Below are positions 25,139 through 37,100 of a stretch of 64,000 nt of DNA, piece after piece. This DNA is from Selaginella moellendorffii (lineage: Eukaryota > Plantae > Lycopodiophyta), in contig NW_003314344.1 in assembly GCF_000143415.4 (NCBI RefSeq), positions 504,336-568,335 on the forward strand, written 5' to 3'. The translations under genes and the position numbers were made by a program. Under the pieces are notes generated by a model. It did no database searches. It saw only the letters and a program-made list of their open reading frames with translations, and was not told the DNA's origin. Each line of letters starts with the position of its first letter. Position 1 is the first letter of the stretch.

Positions 25139-25516
25139 ATGGGGCGCCGGAAATCAAATGTGATCCTGCGAGCTCTGTCGTGCTTGAAGCACCAGGCTGG
25201 GAGCAGCGTTCGCTCGCTATCCAAATTGCTAGGATGTCGGGCGCCGCGGGGCAGCATCAAGAAGCTCGCCAGGAAGAAGAGGATTTCTAGGGGCAATTCG
25301 GTGGGATTCAAGCTCGCATCCAGATCGATAAGCAGTAGCAAGCACTTGGAATCGAAGAGGAAGAAGAAGAAGAAGAACGATCACCACCGCAGAAGAAAGC
25401 GATCGAGGAAGAGCGAGCAGCATGATCACAAGCTCAAGCGGCGAAGGAGGCGACGACGAAGAAGACGAAGAAAACAAAAGGGAAGAGGCTCGCGCGGGAA
25501 ATGGGGATTGCTGTGA
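25139..25516 (+). CDS. Putative linker-histone H1-derived protamine-like basic protein (125 aa)
   Basis: N-terminal ILRALSCLKHQAGSSVRSLSKLL...IKKLARKKRI...GFKL matches the H1 globular pattern I..AI..LKE..GSS..AI.K.I...LK.LV..G.L....SFKL. The tail has KRKKKKK, HHRRRKRSRK and 11 consecutive Arg in mixed codons. Confidence 0.68.
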   Translation: MGRRKSNVILRALSCLKHQAGSSVRSLSKLLGCRAPRGSIKKLARKKRISRGNSVGFKLASRSISSSKHLESKRKKKKKNDHHRRRKRSRKSEQHDHKLKRRRRRRRRRRRKQKGRGSRGKWGLL

Positions 25517-25715
25517 CATAGATTTTCCCTTCTATAAGTTCTCTCCTTTTGTCCCCTTTGGTGCCCAGCTATGGCGGCCATTTTGACCAAACAATGGCGT
25601 TTATTTAGGGTTTATCGCGTCATCACGTGGAGGAGAGAAGACGCGTTCCCGCCGCGCTGCCATGATGCTCGTTCCAGAGTGATGCGATCGCGGCAATCTC
25701 CAAGAGGCCGGCGCC

Positions 25716-27700
25716 ATGAATCGAGGCGCGATTGGCAGCGTCGTCCTCGCCATCGCCTTGCTCGCCCTCGTCGCGAATGTATCGCACGCCGTGGAGGAGG
25801 ATCGGTCGTCGGTGAGTGTCAGGGCTAGGGTAGCGCCGGATGAGAAGGATCAGGGATGGAGCGGCTCGAGAACAGCGGCATCGAGGGTTTCTGTGGCGAC
25901 TGTGGCGATTCTCACGCTTGGAATGGCTGCCGCTACTGGTCTCGGTGCCGTGCCGTTCTTCTTCGTGGAGTTGCAAGCAAAATGGGCCGGACTGTGCAAC
26001 GGGATCGCGTCTGGAGTGATGCTTGCCGCGAGCTTCGATTTAATCCAGGAAGGCCAGAGGTTTGGAGGAGGAAATTGGGTGGTGGCGGGCATTCTTTCGG
26101 GTGGACTCTTCATTCTCTACAGCCAAAAGGTTCGTTCTCCTCTAGAACACTGGATTTATTTTTCTAGAACACTGTCATCCTATTCTTTGCTTTCTTTCTC
26201 GCAGGTTTTGGAGAGGTTTGGGGACGTGAAGCTCATGGATGTCAAGGGTGCTGATGCAAGGAAAATGCTCCTTGTGATTGGTATCATGACGCTTCACTCG
26301 TTTGGAGAAGGATCTGGAGTGGGAGTTTCCTTTGCCGGACCCAAGGGACTCTCGCAAGGAATCACTGTGACGCTGGCGATTGCTGTGCACAACATTCCCG
26401 AGGGATTGGCAGTGAGTATGGTCCTTGCGTCGCGAGGGGTCTCGGCTCGCAATGCGATGCTTTGGAGTACCTTTACTTCTTTGCCACAGGTAATGCTTGA
26501 TCTTTTGGTTGGTTTGCCAAACCTTTGACACGTTATCTTCTCTCTGGATACAGCCATTGGTAGCAGTACCAGCTTTTATCTGTGCGGAGGCGTTCCAAAA
26601 ATTTCTACCTCTCTGCATGGGCTTCGCTGCGGGATGCATGATCTGGATGGTCCTGGCCGAAGTTCTTCCCGACAGTTTTAAGGTGACAGAGCAAACTCTA
26701 GAGACTCTTAGGCACGTCTAACGTTGGCTGCTATCCAGGATGCCGATGCTTCCGAAGTTGCCTCCGCGGCAACCGTCTCGATAGCTTTCATGGAGATTCT
26801 AAGCACAGTCATGGAAAGCGGAGCCAGGTATAACTACATCGTTTTTCACCAAAACCAGGGCGGCTTGACAGCTCTAATGTTTCCAGATGGAACAACACTG
26901 GCTCTGCTCTTCTCTGGTCACTGCTCTTCGGACTGGGGCCTTTCATCGGCGGCCTCGCTCTAGTTTCGCTCGTCGGCTCGATCAGATTACCTTACTCATT
27001 CTTTGGCTCAGTGGGATCCGGGATAGCACTCGTCCTGGCTCTCTGGAGGCCGTCACAGCTCTGGCTCTCGGGAAAGATGGACAGACTAGTTCTCTCGGGG
27101 CTCTTCTTCCTGGGAACTTGTCTATGGAGGCTGGCTCACCTGTGGGAAAGCAGAAGACCCCGGAAGGCCGAAGTGGAAGTTTTCATCACCAAGCCAAAGC
27201 AAGCCAGCAGCCTGGCTTCCGGGGCGATTCTAGCAGCAGGGACAATGGGCTTCCACGCTTTTGCGGAAGGCTTAGCTCTGGGTGTGGCGGCCAACAAAGC
27301 TTACGGCCTTGGAACTCATATGCTCTTGCCGGTTTGTCTCCACGGACTGCCGCGAGGGGCCGCTGTAGCGAGCACCATCTATGGAGCTACTGGAAGCTGG
27401 CAGCAGGCATTGGTTCTAGCAACAGTGACGGGATTTGCGAGTCCGGTGGGTGCGATTGTGGCGATTCTGGGAGGATTGAGCTACAGCGGACTAGATTTTT
27501 GGATGGTGGTGGCGTGTGGAAGCTTGGTTCCAGCGTTTGGTCGCCAGATTTTGGTGAGAGCTGCTGGAAGGAGGGGCGCGAGCAGCGTGGTGATGGGACT
27601 GGTGACTGGCTTTGGATTTGCGAGCGCGCTTCTTACCAGCACTCGAATGGTTTGTTTGTATACGCCTTACTGTAGCTCCGCTCCAGAAGCTGTGACTTAA
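25716..27700 (+). CDS. ZIP-family metal (zinc) transporter with duplicated ZIP domain, 5 exons
   Basis: Signal peptide, then ATGLGAVPFF, TLHSFGEGSGVGVSF, IAVHNIPEGLAVS and a second-half FHAFAEGLALGV and LHGLPRGAAVAS. Exons ~25716-26129, 26205-26489, 26553-26682, 26740-26827, 26887-27700. Confidence 0.92.
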
Positions 27701-27869
27701 CAGCAATTTAAAGGAGCCTTTAAAACTTACCTAGGGTTCTTGGGTCTTAGGAAGAAGTGTGAGATGCCGCGGGCGAGGCGATCGGAGGCGCTCGTCCTTG
27801 CGCTGCTTCTGTCTTGCATTCCATTATGTAGCTCAAGTCGATCCGGCAGGAGCTGGAGGACGTGCTTGG

Positions 27870-29010
27870 ATTCTGCGAGAGATTTCCTTCCCTTTCGGGG
27901 AAAATGTAAGCGATCGGTTCGTTCTTTCTTGGAGAATGCCGCTCAGTGCGTCTTGCTCTTGCAGATTTCTCGCGAAATGGCGAGGATTTCGGCGTTTCTT
28001 AGGATCCAGCAGGAGGAAGAGGCGAAGATTGTGGCGATTCCCGTCCTTGTTGCGGCGTTGAAGGCGTGTGGCAGCTCCGGCGACGTGGATTTCGCGAAGA
28101 AAATCCATGGCGATGCAGAGGAGAGCGGGCACGATTTCTACGTTGCAAACACGCTGGTGAGCTTGTATGGATAGTGTGTGGCAACTTGGTGGAAGCTGAG
28201 AGAGTTTTTTGCGGGGATGGTGGTTTCTTGGGCGGCACTGATGCTGGAAAACGGGGAAGAGGCACTGGCTTTACAGGCACCACTGTCATGGATGAGAGCA
28301 GAGAAGTGTGGCTCCAAATGACAGGACCTTTGTTGCTGCTCTCAAGGCATAGCAGGCAAGGAAGAAGGCAGCAAAGAGTTGGAAGATGGTTCGTGAAAAC
28401 ACGGACGCTGGAGAAAGGCATGGATCTCCATTCTCAAGCTTCAAGCTAGATATATTCGTGGCCAGCTCGGTGATCGACATGTACGCTATCGTTCGGTATG
28501 GGTGCCCGGACAAGTTTAAGCAGCATGACCTGGTTTCGTTGGTGCTGGGGTACTTGGAAAACGGCCAGCCAGAGCTTGGTTACACAGATTGTGGAAGTTT
28601 ATTGGACGCTCAGGGGCTCTTCAACCACTTGCCAGTCCATAATCTGGCACTCTGGAACACGCTGATACTCGGGTATGCTGAGAACGTAGTGGACGAGAAG
28701 ATCGCCATCCCTCTCTCGACCAGCTCAGCATGGCTGCAAGCCGAGAGAGAACCGACGCGAAAGTGATCCCGTCGTCACGCATTTGATCGAAGAGCTCCAT
28801 CGCGAGCTTGTAGTTCCCCTGGCAGCTGTATCCCCCAATCAAAGCATTCGAGACTTCCAGCCGGAGTCGAAAGCATGCCGAGCTTCCACCATGCCTCCAC
28901 ACTTCCCATACGTGTCCACCAGCGCGGTTCGTAAAACGCAACCGTGGATCCATCTCACGGCCTCCAAAGCCAACAGATTCCCACAAGCCTCGAGTGCGGC
29001 CTTGAAGCTC
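27870..29010 (+). pseudogene. Chimeric PPR pseudogene, copy 2: + strand fragment fused tail-to-tail to a - strand PPR fragment (~28710-29010)
   Basis: + strand: VAALKACGSSGDVDFAKKIHG, DIFVASSVIDMYA, LWNTLILGYAEN. - strand: NALIGGYSCQGNYKLAMELFDQMRDDGITFASVLS. Multiple frameshifts. Confidence 0.85.
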
Positions 29011-29089
29011 TAGGAATCCAGCGAGAGATCTTCTTCACGTTGTTGTATCCTCGAGAAGAGCTCCAAGGCCACAGATGGTTCCCACTTGT

Positions 29090-29590
29090 GCGTGAGTGAT
29101 ATGCTCGGCCGACTTTCTTGGAGTAGAGGTTCTTCACGTACTCTCCAAACACGCACGGGACCACGGGTTGTAGGCTGCCGGATGCTCCGGGTCTAAAAGT
29201 TTGGGAATCGGAGAAACTCTAACGTCGGAAGATGGATCATAGAAGAGCCCGACCGACGCCCGAGATTTACCCGCGTTCAAGATGGTTCTCTTCAGCTTTG
29301 CATTGCGGAGTCTCAAAACTGTTGTTAAACTTGCCTGAAGCTGGTCGATAACAAGAGCACCGGGAATCGACCCGTGTCTTGGAACTTAACTTGGAGCCCC
29401 ACGACATCATTTTCCTGCAAGAGAATGGGGAGACTGACTGCTCAGTCCGATTGCGAGCTCGGGGCTCGGGCAAGGAGGATAATAGTTGAGTTCCAGCGCT
29501 GCTTGGTGCTTACCAAATTCCCTCTCGAGATAGTCGGAGTCTAAGCCCAGACCCTCAGACAATGCTCGCAGGAGATGCCATGGCTTGATT
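29090..29590 (-). pseudogene. 2-oxoglutarate/Fe(II) dioxygenase (DOXC) pseudogene fragment
   Basis: LLRALSEGLGLDSDYLE..LELNYYPPCPSPELAIGLSSQS (HxD iron ligand lost, then frameshift) and RASVGLFYDPSSDVRVSPIPKLLDPEHPAAY..FGEYVKNLYSK. Confidence 0.85.
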
Positions 29591-29954
29591 CACAGCAACC
29601 AACCTGGATGATCCATAGAAAAAACTCTTTAGAGGAAGAAAATAATGCTGCACTTCGCGAGGACAAGAGCTTTGCCAAGCGCTTGGAGGACAATGGAGGA
29701 TAAAATAAAAGGCTGGGGAACTAACTGTCTAGTGTGACCCCAAAGCTGTGAATTACATTCATAACTGTTCCTGTTAATTCCTTGATACCGGTTTGGGGTA
29801 GGATGTGAGAACATCACAGTGACTTTAGTCCACATAGAACACCAACAAGCAAGATTGATTTTTGATGCTTATCGAGCTCCTTTTGTTTAGCTTTACATGT
29901 AGTGGCAGCAATGACATATCAAATATCTTTCTCAGACACTTTCTAGCTGAGTAT

Positions 29955-31119
29955 TTTAAATATTTTTATAAAGTATAGTTTAACTTCGAGATTCCATAAG
30001 ATTAAACATCGAAATTCATATAAATAGGACGCTTTTGTATGATAGGACGCTTTTGTATGATAGACTTTGCTGACTGCAAATAGTCTTTGCTGTAAACTCC
30101 GGAATGCAAACACTCCTCAACGCCTATGAGTGCCTTCAGACTTTCCTCAGCCTTTGCCTCGAGCTAAAAAACAGCATATTACGAGCTTTGTAAAAAGTTA
30201 AAATTCTTACCACTTCCTTCTTGCCTTTGTTCTCCTTGTATTCCATTTCCAACCTGATCTGTTGACACTCTGCCTTTATCACCCCCTTGAGTGCCTCCCA
30301 ACTTGCTTCGCTTATCACACATTTACCCTCGCTTTCTGACTCTAAACCACCGTTGTGTTTCACTCCCATCACTTGCTTCTTAAATTCAGGGTCTTCCAAT
30401 TTCTTTATGTTATATACCCTCTGCCTGGGCATGGCGTTTATGAACCATTCCCTCACCTGTGCGTATACCAAAGTGAGAACAAAAACAAGACAATAATCAC
30501 GCAATACACTTACGTAAAATCTACGCAGCCCTTCCAAAACAATCTCCCCATCAATCTCTCCAAACTTGAGCTCCCCGTCAACCAGCTTACACTCGCCAGT
30601 CCTGAGCCCCTCAATCGCCGGAGCGAAGTCATCCAGTTTGGCCAGAGCAGTGAGAAGCGGCACAAACCCTTCCAGCACTCGATCCTCCTCGTCCTCCCCA
30701 TCGTACCGAGGAACCACAAAGCCATTGTTTGGCTGGAACAGCCAGTAATACTCATCATCATCAAGCCACACCGTTCGCTTGCAATCCCCGTCAACCATTG
30801 GCACGGAACGAATGTCTTTCAGAGACACGACTTTATCGATGCTTGGATCTCTATAAGACTTGCAATTGTCCCGGCAACAATAGTATAGAATCCGTCCCGA
30901 GGATAGCCTCTTATTTATATTGTCGACGATGCCACTACAATAGAACTCTGCAGAGCAGCTGAATACATAGAGATCATAGATGGCAGCCATGCTCTCCAGG
31001 AAAGGGATCAACCCAGGCCTCATGCCGATGTCATAGCCACCAGCCACGAAATCCGTGACTTTCGCGTTCTTGGAGATGAGGCAGTCGTCCAAGTCCAAAA
31101 CCAGCGCTGGGCGTGCCAT
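29955..31119 (-). CDS. FCP1/SCP (NIF-domain) HAD-type phosphatase-like protein with uncharacterised C-terminal extension
   Basis: LVLDLDDCL (DxDx[T] variant), RPGLIPFLE, FSCSAEFY, KDI, VWLDD..QPNNG..VPRYDG...DRVL. Probable introns at 30457-30513 and 30164-30210. The 3' end is uncertain. Confidence 0.78.
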
Positions 31120-31234
31120 TGAACTTTTCAGACCCTAAGAGTGCCCATATATTTATGACTTTCTTCTGCCACGTGGCGTGCATCCAACGGCGGAGTAAGT
31201 TGGTATTGATATCCCATCCCTACCTAAAATAAAA

Positions 31235-32134
31235 AAGGGAAGGTTTCTCTTGTAGGCTATCGGTGAGAGTTCCACTCAGTGCGTCTGGTTCTTGTAGATT
31301 TCGGGATCTAAGGCCTGTGAAGGCGTGTGGCAGCTCCGGCGACGTGCATTTCGCGAAGAAATGCCATGGCGATGCATCGGAGCGGGCATGACCACGATCT
31401 CTACGTTGTAAACGCATATGGAACTTTGGTGGAAGCTGAGAGAGTTTTTACAGGGATGGGGTATTGCAGTGTGGTCTCTTGGATACTGATGCTGGGCTAC
31501 GTGGGCTACGTGGAAAACGGGGAAGAGGCACTGGTTTTACAGGCACTGTCATGGATGAGAGCAGAGAAGTGTGGCTCCAAATGACAGGACCTTTGTTGCT
31601 GCTCTCAAGGCATGCTCCGGTCTAGCGGCCAAAGAAGAAGGCAGCAAAGTTGGAAGGTGGTTCGTGAAAACAAGCGCTGGAGAAAGGCACGGATATTCAG
31701 TCTCAAGTTTCAGACGAGCTAGATATATTCGTGGCCAGCTCGCTGGGTGCCCGGACAAGTCTCGAGCGGTTTTCGAGAGAATGCCGCAGCATGACCTGGT
31801 TTCTGGGATACGTGGAAAACGGCCAGCCAGAGATAGCTTTGGTGCTGTTTTTTTCTTCGAGCTGCGCTGAGAATGAGCCGTGCTACGTTGCTGCTCTCAA
31901 GGGTTGTAAGAGTTGGCATCGAAGGAGCAAGGGACGAAGCCTGTGGAAGTCCTGGAGATGGGGATGGAAATTTACTCCAGAGCTAGAAGCAGTGGGTTTG
32001 ACTCCGTCGTGTCAGCAACACTCATCGGTTTATATGCTGCGTGTGAGACCATGATCGACGCTCGGAAGGTCTTTGACAGGATGGAGCAAGTCTCCTGGAA
32101 TGCTCTAATACTTGGTCAGATGACCAAACTCTAG
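31235..32134 (+). pseudogene. PPR pseudogene, copy 3
   Basis: Homologous to 27870-28600 (KACGSSGD, PNDRTFVAALKACSGL, GYVENGQPE) with different deletions, plus LIGLYAAC..DARKVFDRM..VSWNALI. Confidence 0.82.
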
Positions 32135-32404
32135 ATCCTTGGAAGAGAACCTGTGGTCGGGGGTCTTGGCATAGAAATCGCTGTGCTTGTGCCATAAAAT
32201 TAAAGAGAATCCATCAATATGCTTTTAGAATAAAGACGGCTTTAAAATCTATGTTCGCGCCCAAATGGCACGAATCACTGCTGGGCGGCATTTAGCTCCT
32301 CTTGATCTCGTCCGTGTTGGAGGGAACTGCATTTGTCTGGATTGATCGTCTCAAACTACAGGATGCTGTCGAACTTTACACCAGCAGACTTCCTTTCTGG
32401 ATAT

Positions 32405-33845
32405 GTGTGAGAACATCACAGTCCACACGGAACACCAACAAGAAAGTAAGCTTCTGCTTATCGCGCTCCTTTTGTTTAGCTTTAGCTTTACAGGTAGTGG
32501 CAGCAATGACGTATCAAATATCTTTCTCAGACACTTTCTAGCTGCAGATAGGAGTATTTTAAGAATATTTGTGTAAAGTATTAACAGCTATGGGGCACGA
32601 AAACAAAGTTTAACTTCAAATTGTCGGGACATCATCAGGTTTGTCTCCATGGACTCCCGCGAGGAGCTGCTGTAGCGAGCACAATTAATAAGCGCGAAGA
32701 GCTTATATTATTGGTTCTCAATTAAACCAAGTAGAAAAAATTGAAATAGGACGCTTTTGTATGATAGACTTTGCCAACTGCAAATAGTCTTTGTTGTAAA
32801 CTCTGGAATGCAAACACTCCTCAACGCCTTCGAGTGCCTTCAGACTTTCCTCAGCCTTTGCCTCAAGCTAAAAAAACAGCAAATTATGAGCTTCTCTTTG
32901 AAAAAGGTAAAAATTTCTTACCAGTTCCTTCTTGTCTTTCTTCTTCTTGTATGCCATTTCCAAAGTAATCTGTTGATACTCCGCCTTTATCACCCCCTTG
33001 AGTACCTCCCAGCTTGCTTCGCTTATCACACATTTACCCTCGCTTTCTGACTCTAAACCACCATTGTGTTTCACTCCAATCACTTGCTTCTTAAATTCAG
33101 GGTCTTCCAACAGCTTTCTATCCTTACACCTGAATTTTATCCACAGTGAATTATAATAATCGCTCTGCATGAGCATGGCGTTTATGAACCATTCCCTCAC
33201 CTGTGCGTATAGCAAAGTAAGAACAAAACACAAGACAATATACACTTACGTAAAACCTACGCAGCCCTTCCGAAACAATCTCCCCATCAATCTCGCCAAA
33301 CTTGAGCTCCCCGTCAACCAGCTTACACTCTTCAGTCCTAAGCCCCTCAATCGCCGGAGCGAAGTCACCCAGTTTGGCCAGAGCGGTGAGAAGCGGCACA
33401 AACCCATCCAGCACTCGATCCTCCTCGTCCTCACCGAGGAACCACAAAGCCATTGTTTGGCTGGACCAGCCAGTAATACTCATCATCATCAAGCCACACC
33501 GTTCGCTTGCAATCCAGCCAGCAATCGTAATTGTAAAGATAAATGCGATCCTTGTCAACCGTTGGCACGGAACAAATGTCTTTCAGAGACACGACTTCAT
33601 TGATGCTTGGATCCATATAAGACCTGCAATCGTCCCGGCAACAATATTTTCGAAATCCGTCCACCACTACAATAGAACTCAGCTGAATACATAGAGATCA
33701 TAGATGGCGTCCATGCTCTCCAGGAAAGGTATCAACCCAGGCCTCATGCCGATCTTGACCACGAAATCCGTGATTTTCGCGTCCTTGGAGACGAGGCACT
33801 CGTCCACGTCCAAACGTGCCATTGAACTTTTCAGACCCTAAGAGT
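32405..33845 (-). pseudogene. Tandem-duplicate pseudogene of the NIF phosphatase gene, including flanks
   Basis: Colinear with 29805-31143. ATG 33822 reads MARLDVDECL...DLYVFS* (early stop after a deletion), with further frameshifts downstream. Confidence 0.88.
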
Positions 33846-34113
33846 GTGATTAAGTTATAGTATATTGTCAAGAAACATATCTGATCCTTCTGATTGGAGG
33901 ATGCCATCTGATCCTTCTGATTGGAGGATGCCAGAAATTTCCCTCTCGCGGAAATTGTAAGCTCCAGACACACTAGTAAGATCATGCAACTTTATTCTGT
34001 AATTGTTCTTTTTTTTTTTTTCGTTTGGTCGTCGCAAAATGATCGCATTATTTATCTCGCAAAAATATTACAGTACACACAAAAATGCACAAGATAGAAC
34101 CACTCCTATATAC

Positions 34114-37100
34114 TCACGCAGCAGCAGTAGTAGTGGCAGTGGCAGCGGCTGTAGGAGTAGTGTCACTCGAGGATCCCGTAGCACCAGTGAGAGCATTCCT
34201 GTTATTGTTATTGTTGTACCACGGATTCCAGAAGCTCTTCCATGTCGATGCTGGCGTTGGCGGCTTGGGCCTGTACCTCACCCTCACGTTCTTGAGCGAG
34301 TGCTCCAGCCTCTCGTTGTGCTCCCTCATGCAGCTGAGCGAGAAGCACAGCTGCCGGATCGCCGCTCTCTTCTCCTCGGCCATCTCCGAGCTCTGGAGCT
34401 TGTTCTCTTGCTCGAGAGCCACCACCTTGCTTGACAGCTGCGAGTTTGCGAGGGACATCCGCTGCCTCTCCGCTTGGAGAGCTTTCATCTCGCCCTGAAG
34501 CTTTACCAGTGCGTCGTCCTTGGCCTTGAGCGCCTGCTCGCTCTCGCTCACGTCCCGGCCCAGCGCCTTTGTCCTCTGCGTGATGCTTGAAACCTCGGCT
34601 CGCAGGAACATGAGCACTGTCACCAGCGTCTTGTTCTGCTTGTTCCCTGCCTCCACTTCCTCCACCAAGTTCCTGTTCTCCTGCTCCAGCACCGAGATCT
34701 TCTCTTCCAATCCTTGCACCTTCTCTGCCATGGACTCGAGCTTGCTGCGTAGCCTCTTGTCCTCTTCACGGAGCTCCAGTAACTCGGCATGCATCCGGTT
34801 GAGCTGCTCGGTGGCGGTTTTCAGCTGCTCTGTGACCTCGGCCTTGTCGTCCCGCAGCTTGATAAAGTCTCCTTCCAGCCTCTTGATTAAGATGTCCCGC
34901 TTGGACAGCTCGAACTTGAGCATCCGGTTCTCCTCCTGCACAGAAGCAAGCTCCTGCTGTAAATCACGTACCTTGTTGGATTCCTCCAGCAGGGTCTGGT
35001 TCTCGTTTTCTAGCGCCGCCAGCTTGTCCTGCATTGCGTGAACTCCCTCCACCTCCGCGGCTAGTTTATCTCCCAGGTCCTTGTTCTCCGTGTGAAGTGT
35101 TCGGACGACCTCTTCGAATTCCGTCACCTTCGTGTCCAGCTGATTCTTGACACCCGCCTTTTCATCCTCCAGCTTTTGCACCTCAGTGGACATGTCCTTC
35201 TCCAACACGTCCTTTTCTTTTTGCAAGCAGGCCAGCTCGTCGTTGAGCTTGACGATGCTCGTAGAGACCTGATGGTGCTCCTCCTTTACTCTTTGATACT
35301 CCGCATCCAGCTTTTCGTTCTTGTCTTTAAGCCCGGCAATCTCTAGCTGGAGGCCACCAATTCTCTGCTCGCTCTCGCTCGTCTTTCTGGCGTCCATTGC
35401 AACGAGTTCGTCTTTTTCGGACTTGAGTTTGGCGATCTGTTCCTCAAGCTCTCGAAGCTGAGCATCCTTGTTTGATATCTCGCTTTGCAGTTGTAGCTCC
35501 TGTTCTTTTAGCGCTCTATGGTTTGCTTGCAAGTCCGCCACATGCTTTTCAACAACATCCTGTCCAAGCGGCGCCCGTGTTTCCTGCTGCTCTTCAGGCT
35601 TCTCCATCCCAAAGAACGTAAGCAGCTTCCAGATCTCTTTTGATCTGGTCTCCTTGAATGCTTCGTAATCTCTTGTCATCACGGTCAGGTTCTCCTCCCG
35701 CTCCTTCAAGTGAGAGGCCAGCTCTGCGTGGAGCATGCTTGCCTTCTTTACCTCCTTGTTCAAGGAATCCTTCTCTTGCTTCAGCTTATCAATCTCGTCT
35801 TCGAGTTGCTGGATACGTGCGCCTCGACGCTCTAAGTCACTACTTAAGCAGGCTTCCCGTTCTTTGAGCTCCCCGTACTTCGACTGTAGTTCCATGGCTT
35901 TTTTCTCCACCTCGTCATGAGTCACATCTCGCTCCTCAGGCGGGCTATCATCCGCTCCAAACAAATACTTGAACAGGCTGAAAGACTCGCGCGACTTAGC
36001 TTGTTTGAAGCTCTCAAACTCAAGCTCTCTCGTCTCGTGCACCTCGGCTTTTTCATCCAGTAAAGCCTGTGTCTTCTCCTTCAGCTGCTTCATCTCTTCC
36101 AGATCACAGGCGCTTCGGCTCAACTTTGCTTTAAACTCTTCCTTCTCTTGTTGTGCCCTGAGGCGAGTCTGCTCCAATTCAGACTTGGTATCCACCAAGT
36201 CCGACTCCACGTTTTTCTTCCCGGCTTGAAGCTGTTCGTGTTCCTTTTGCAAGGATGTTAGCTCCGCATTGAGCTTCTCCATGCTTGCAGAGACACTCGC
36301 ATGCTCTTCATTAGCCTTCTGTAAATCTGCGGCTAGTTTCTGGCACCTTTCTTCGAAATCCTTGACCGTGACTTCCAGCTCTTGAATTTTACGGTCGTAA
36401 TCAGCTGTTTTCTTCGCCTCATTCTCAACACTCCTTTGATGCTCTTCATGCAGGTCACATTTTTCCTGTTTGAGCTGCCCGATCTCTCCCATGGCTTCCT
36501 GGAGTCGAGCATTACTAGCAGAAAGGTCGTCCTCCAGCTCCCGCTGTCGTTTCTCCAGCTCCAGTTGACTAGCTTGCAAAGCTACCTTAGTATTCTCCAA
36601 GTCCGACTCTGCCATCTTCTTCTCCGCCTGAAGCTGTTCGTGCTCCTTTTGCAAGCCCGCCAGCTCTGCATCGAGCTTTTGCACGTTTGCAGAGACACTC
36701 GCATGCTCTTCAGTAACCTTCTGAGACTCTGCTGTTAGCTTCTGGCAATTTTCCTCAGACTCCTTGACAGTCGCTTCCAGCTCTTGAAGTTTACGTTCGT
36801 AATCAACGGTTTGCTTCGCCTCCTTCTCAATACTCCTCTGAAGCTCCTCATGCAGATCGCTCTTGTCTTGTTTGAGCTTGCCAATCTCTTCCACAAGTTC
36901 CTGGAGACGAGCATTGCTAGCAGAAAGTTCGTCCTGTAGCTGCCGCTCTCGTCTCTCCAGCTCCAGTTGGCTACTTTGCAAGTCCACCTTAGTTTTTTCC
37001 AAGTCCGAATCTGTTTGCTTCTTCCCCGCCTGAAGCTGTTCGTGCTCCTTTTGCAGGCAGGTCAGCTCCGCAATCACCTTTTTTAGATTTCCAGAGACAT

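Noticed and set aside
33878-33932. 27-bp direct tandem duplication upstream of the NIF pseudogene
   Set aside because: Two copies only. An ordinary slippage or repair scar.
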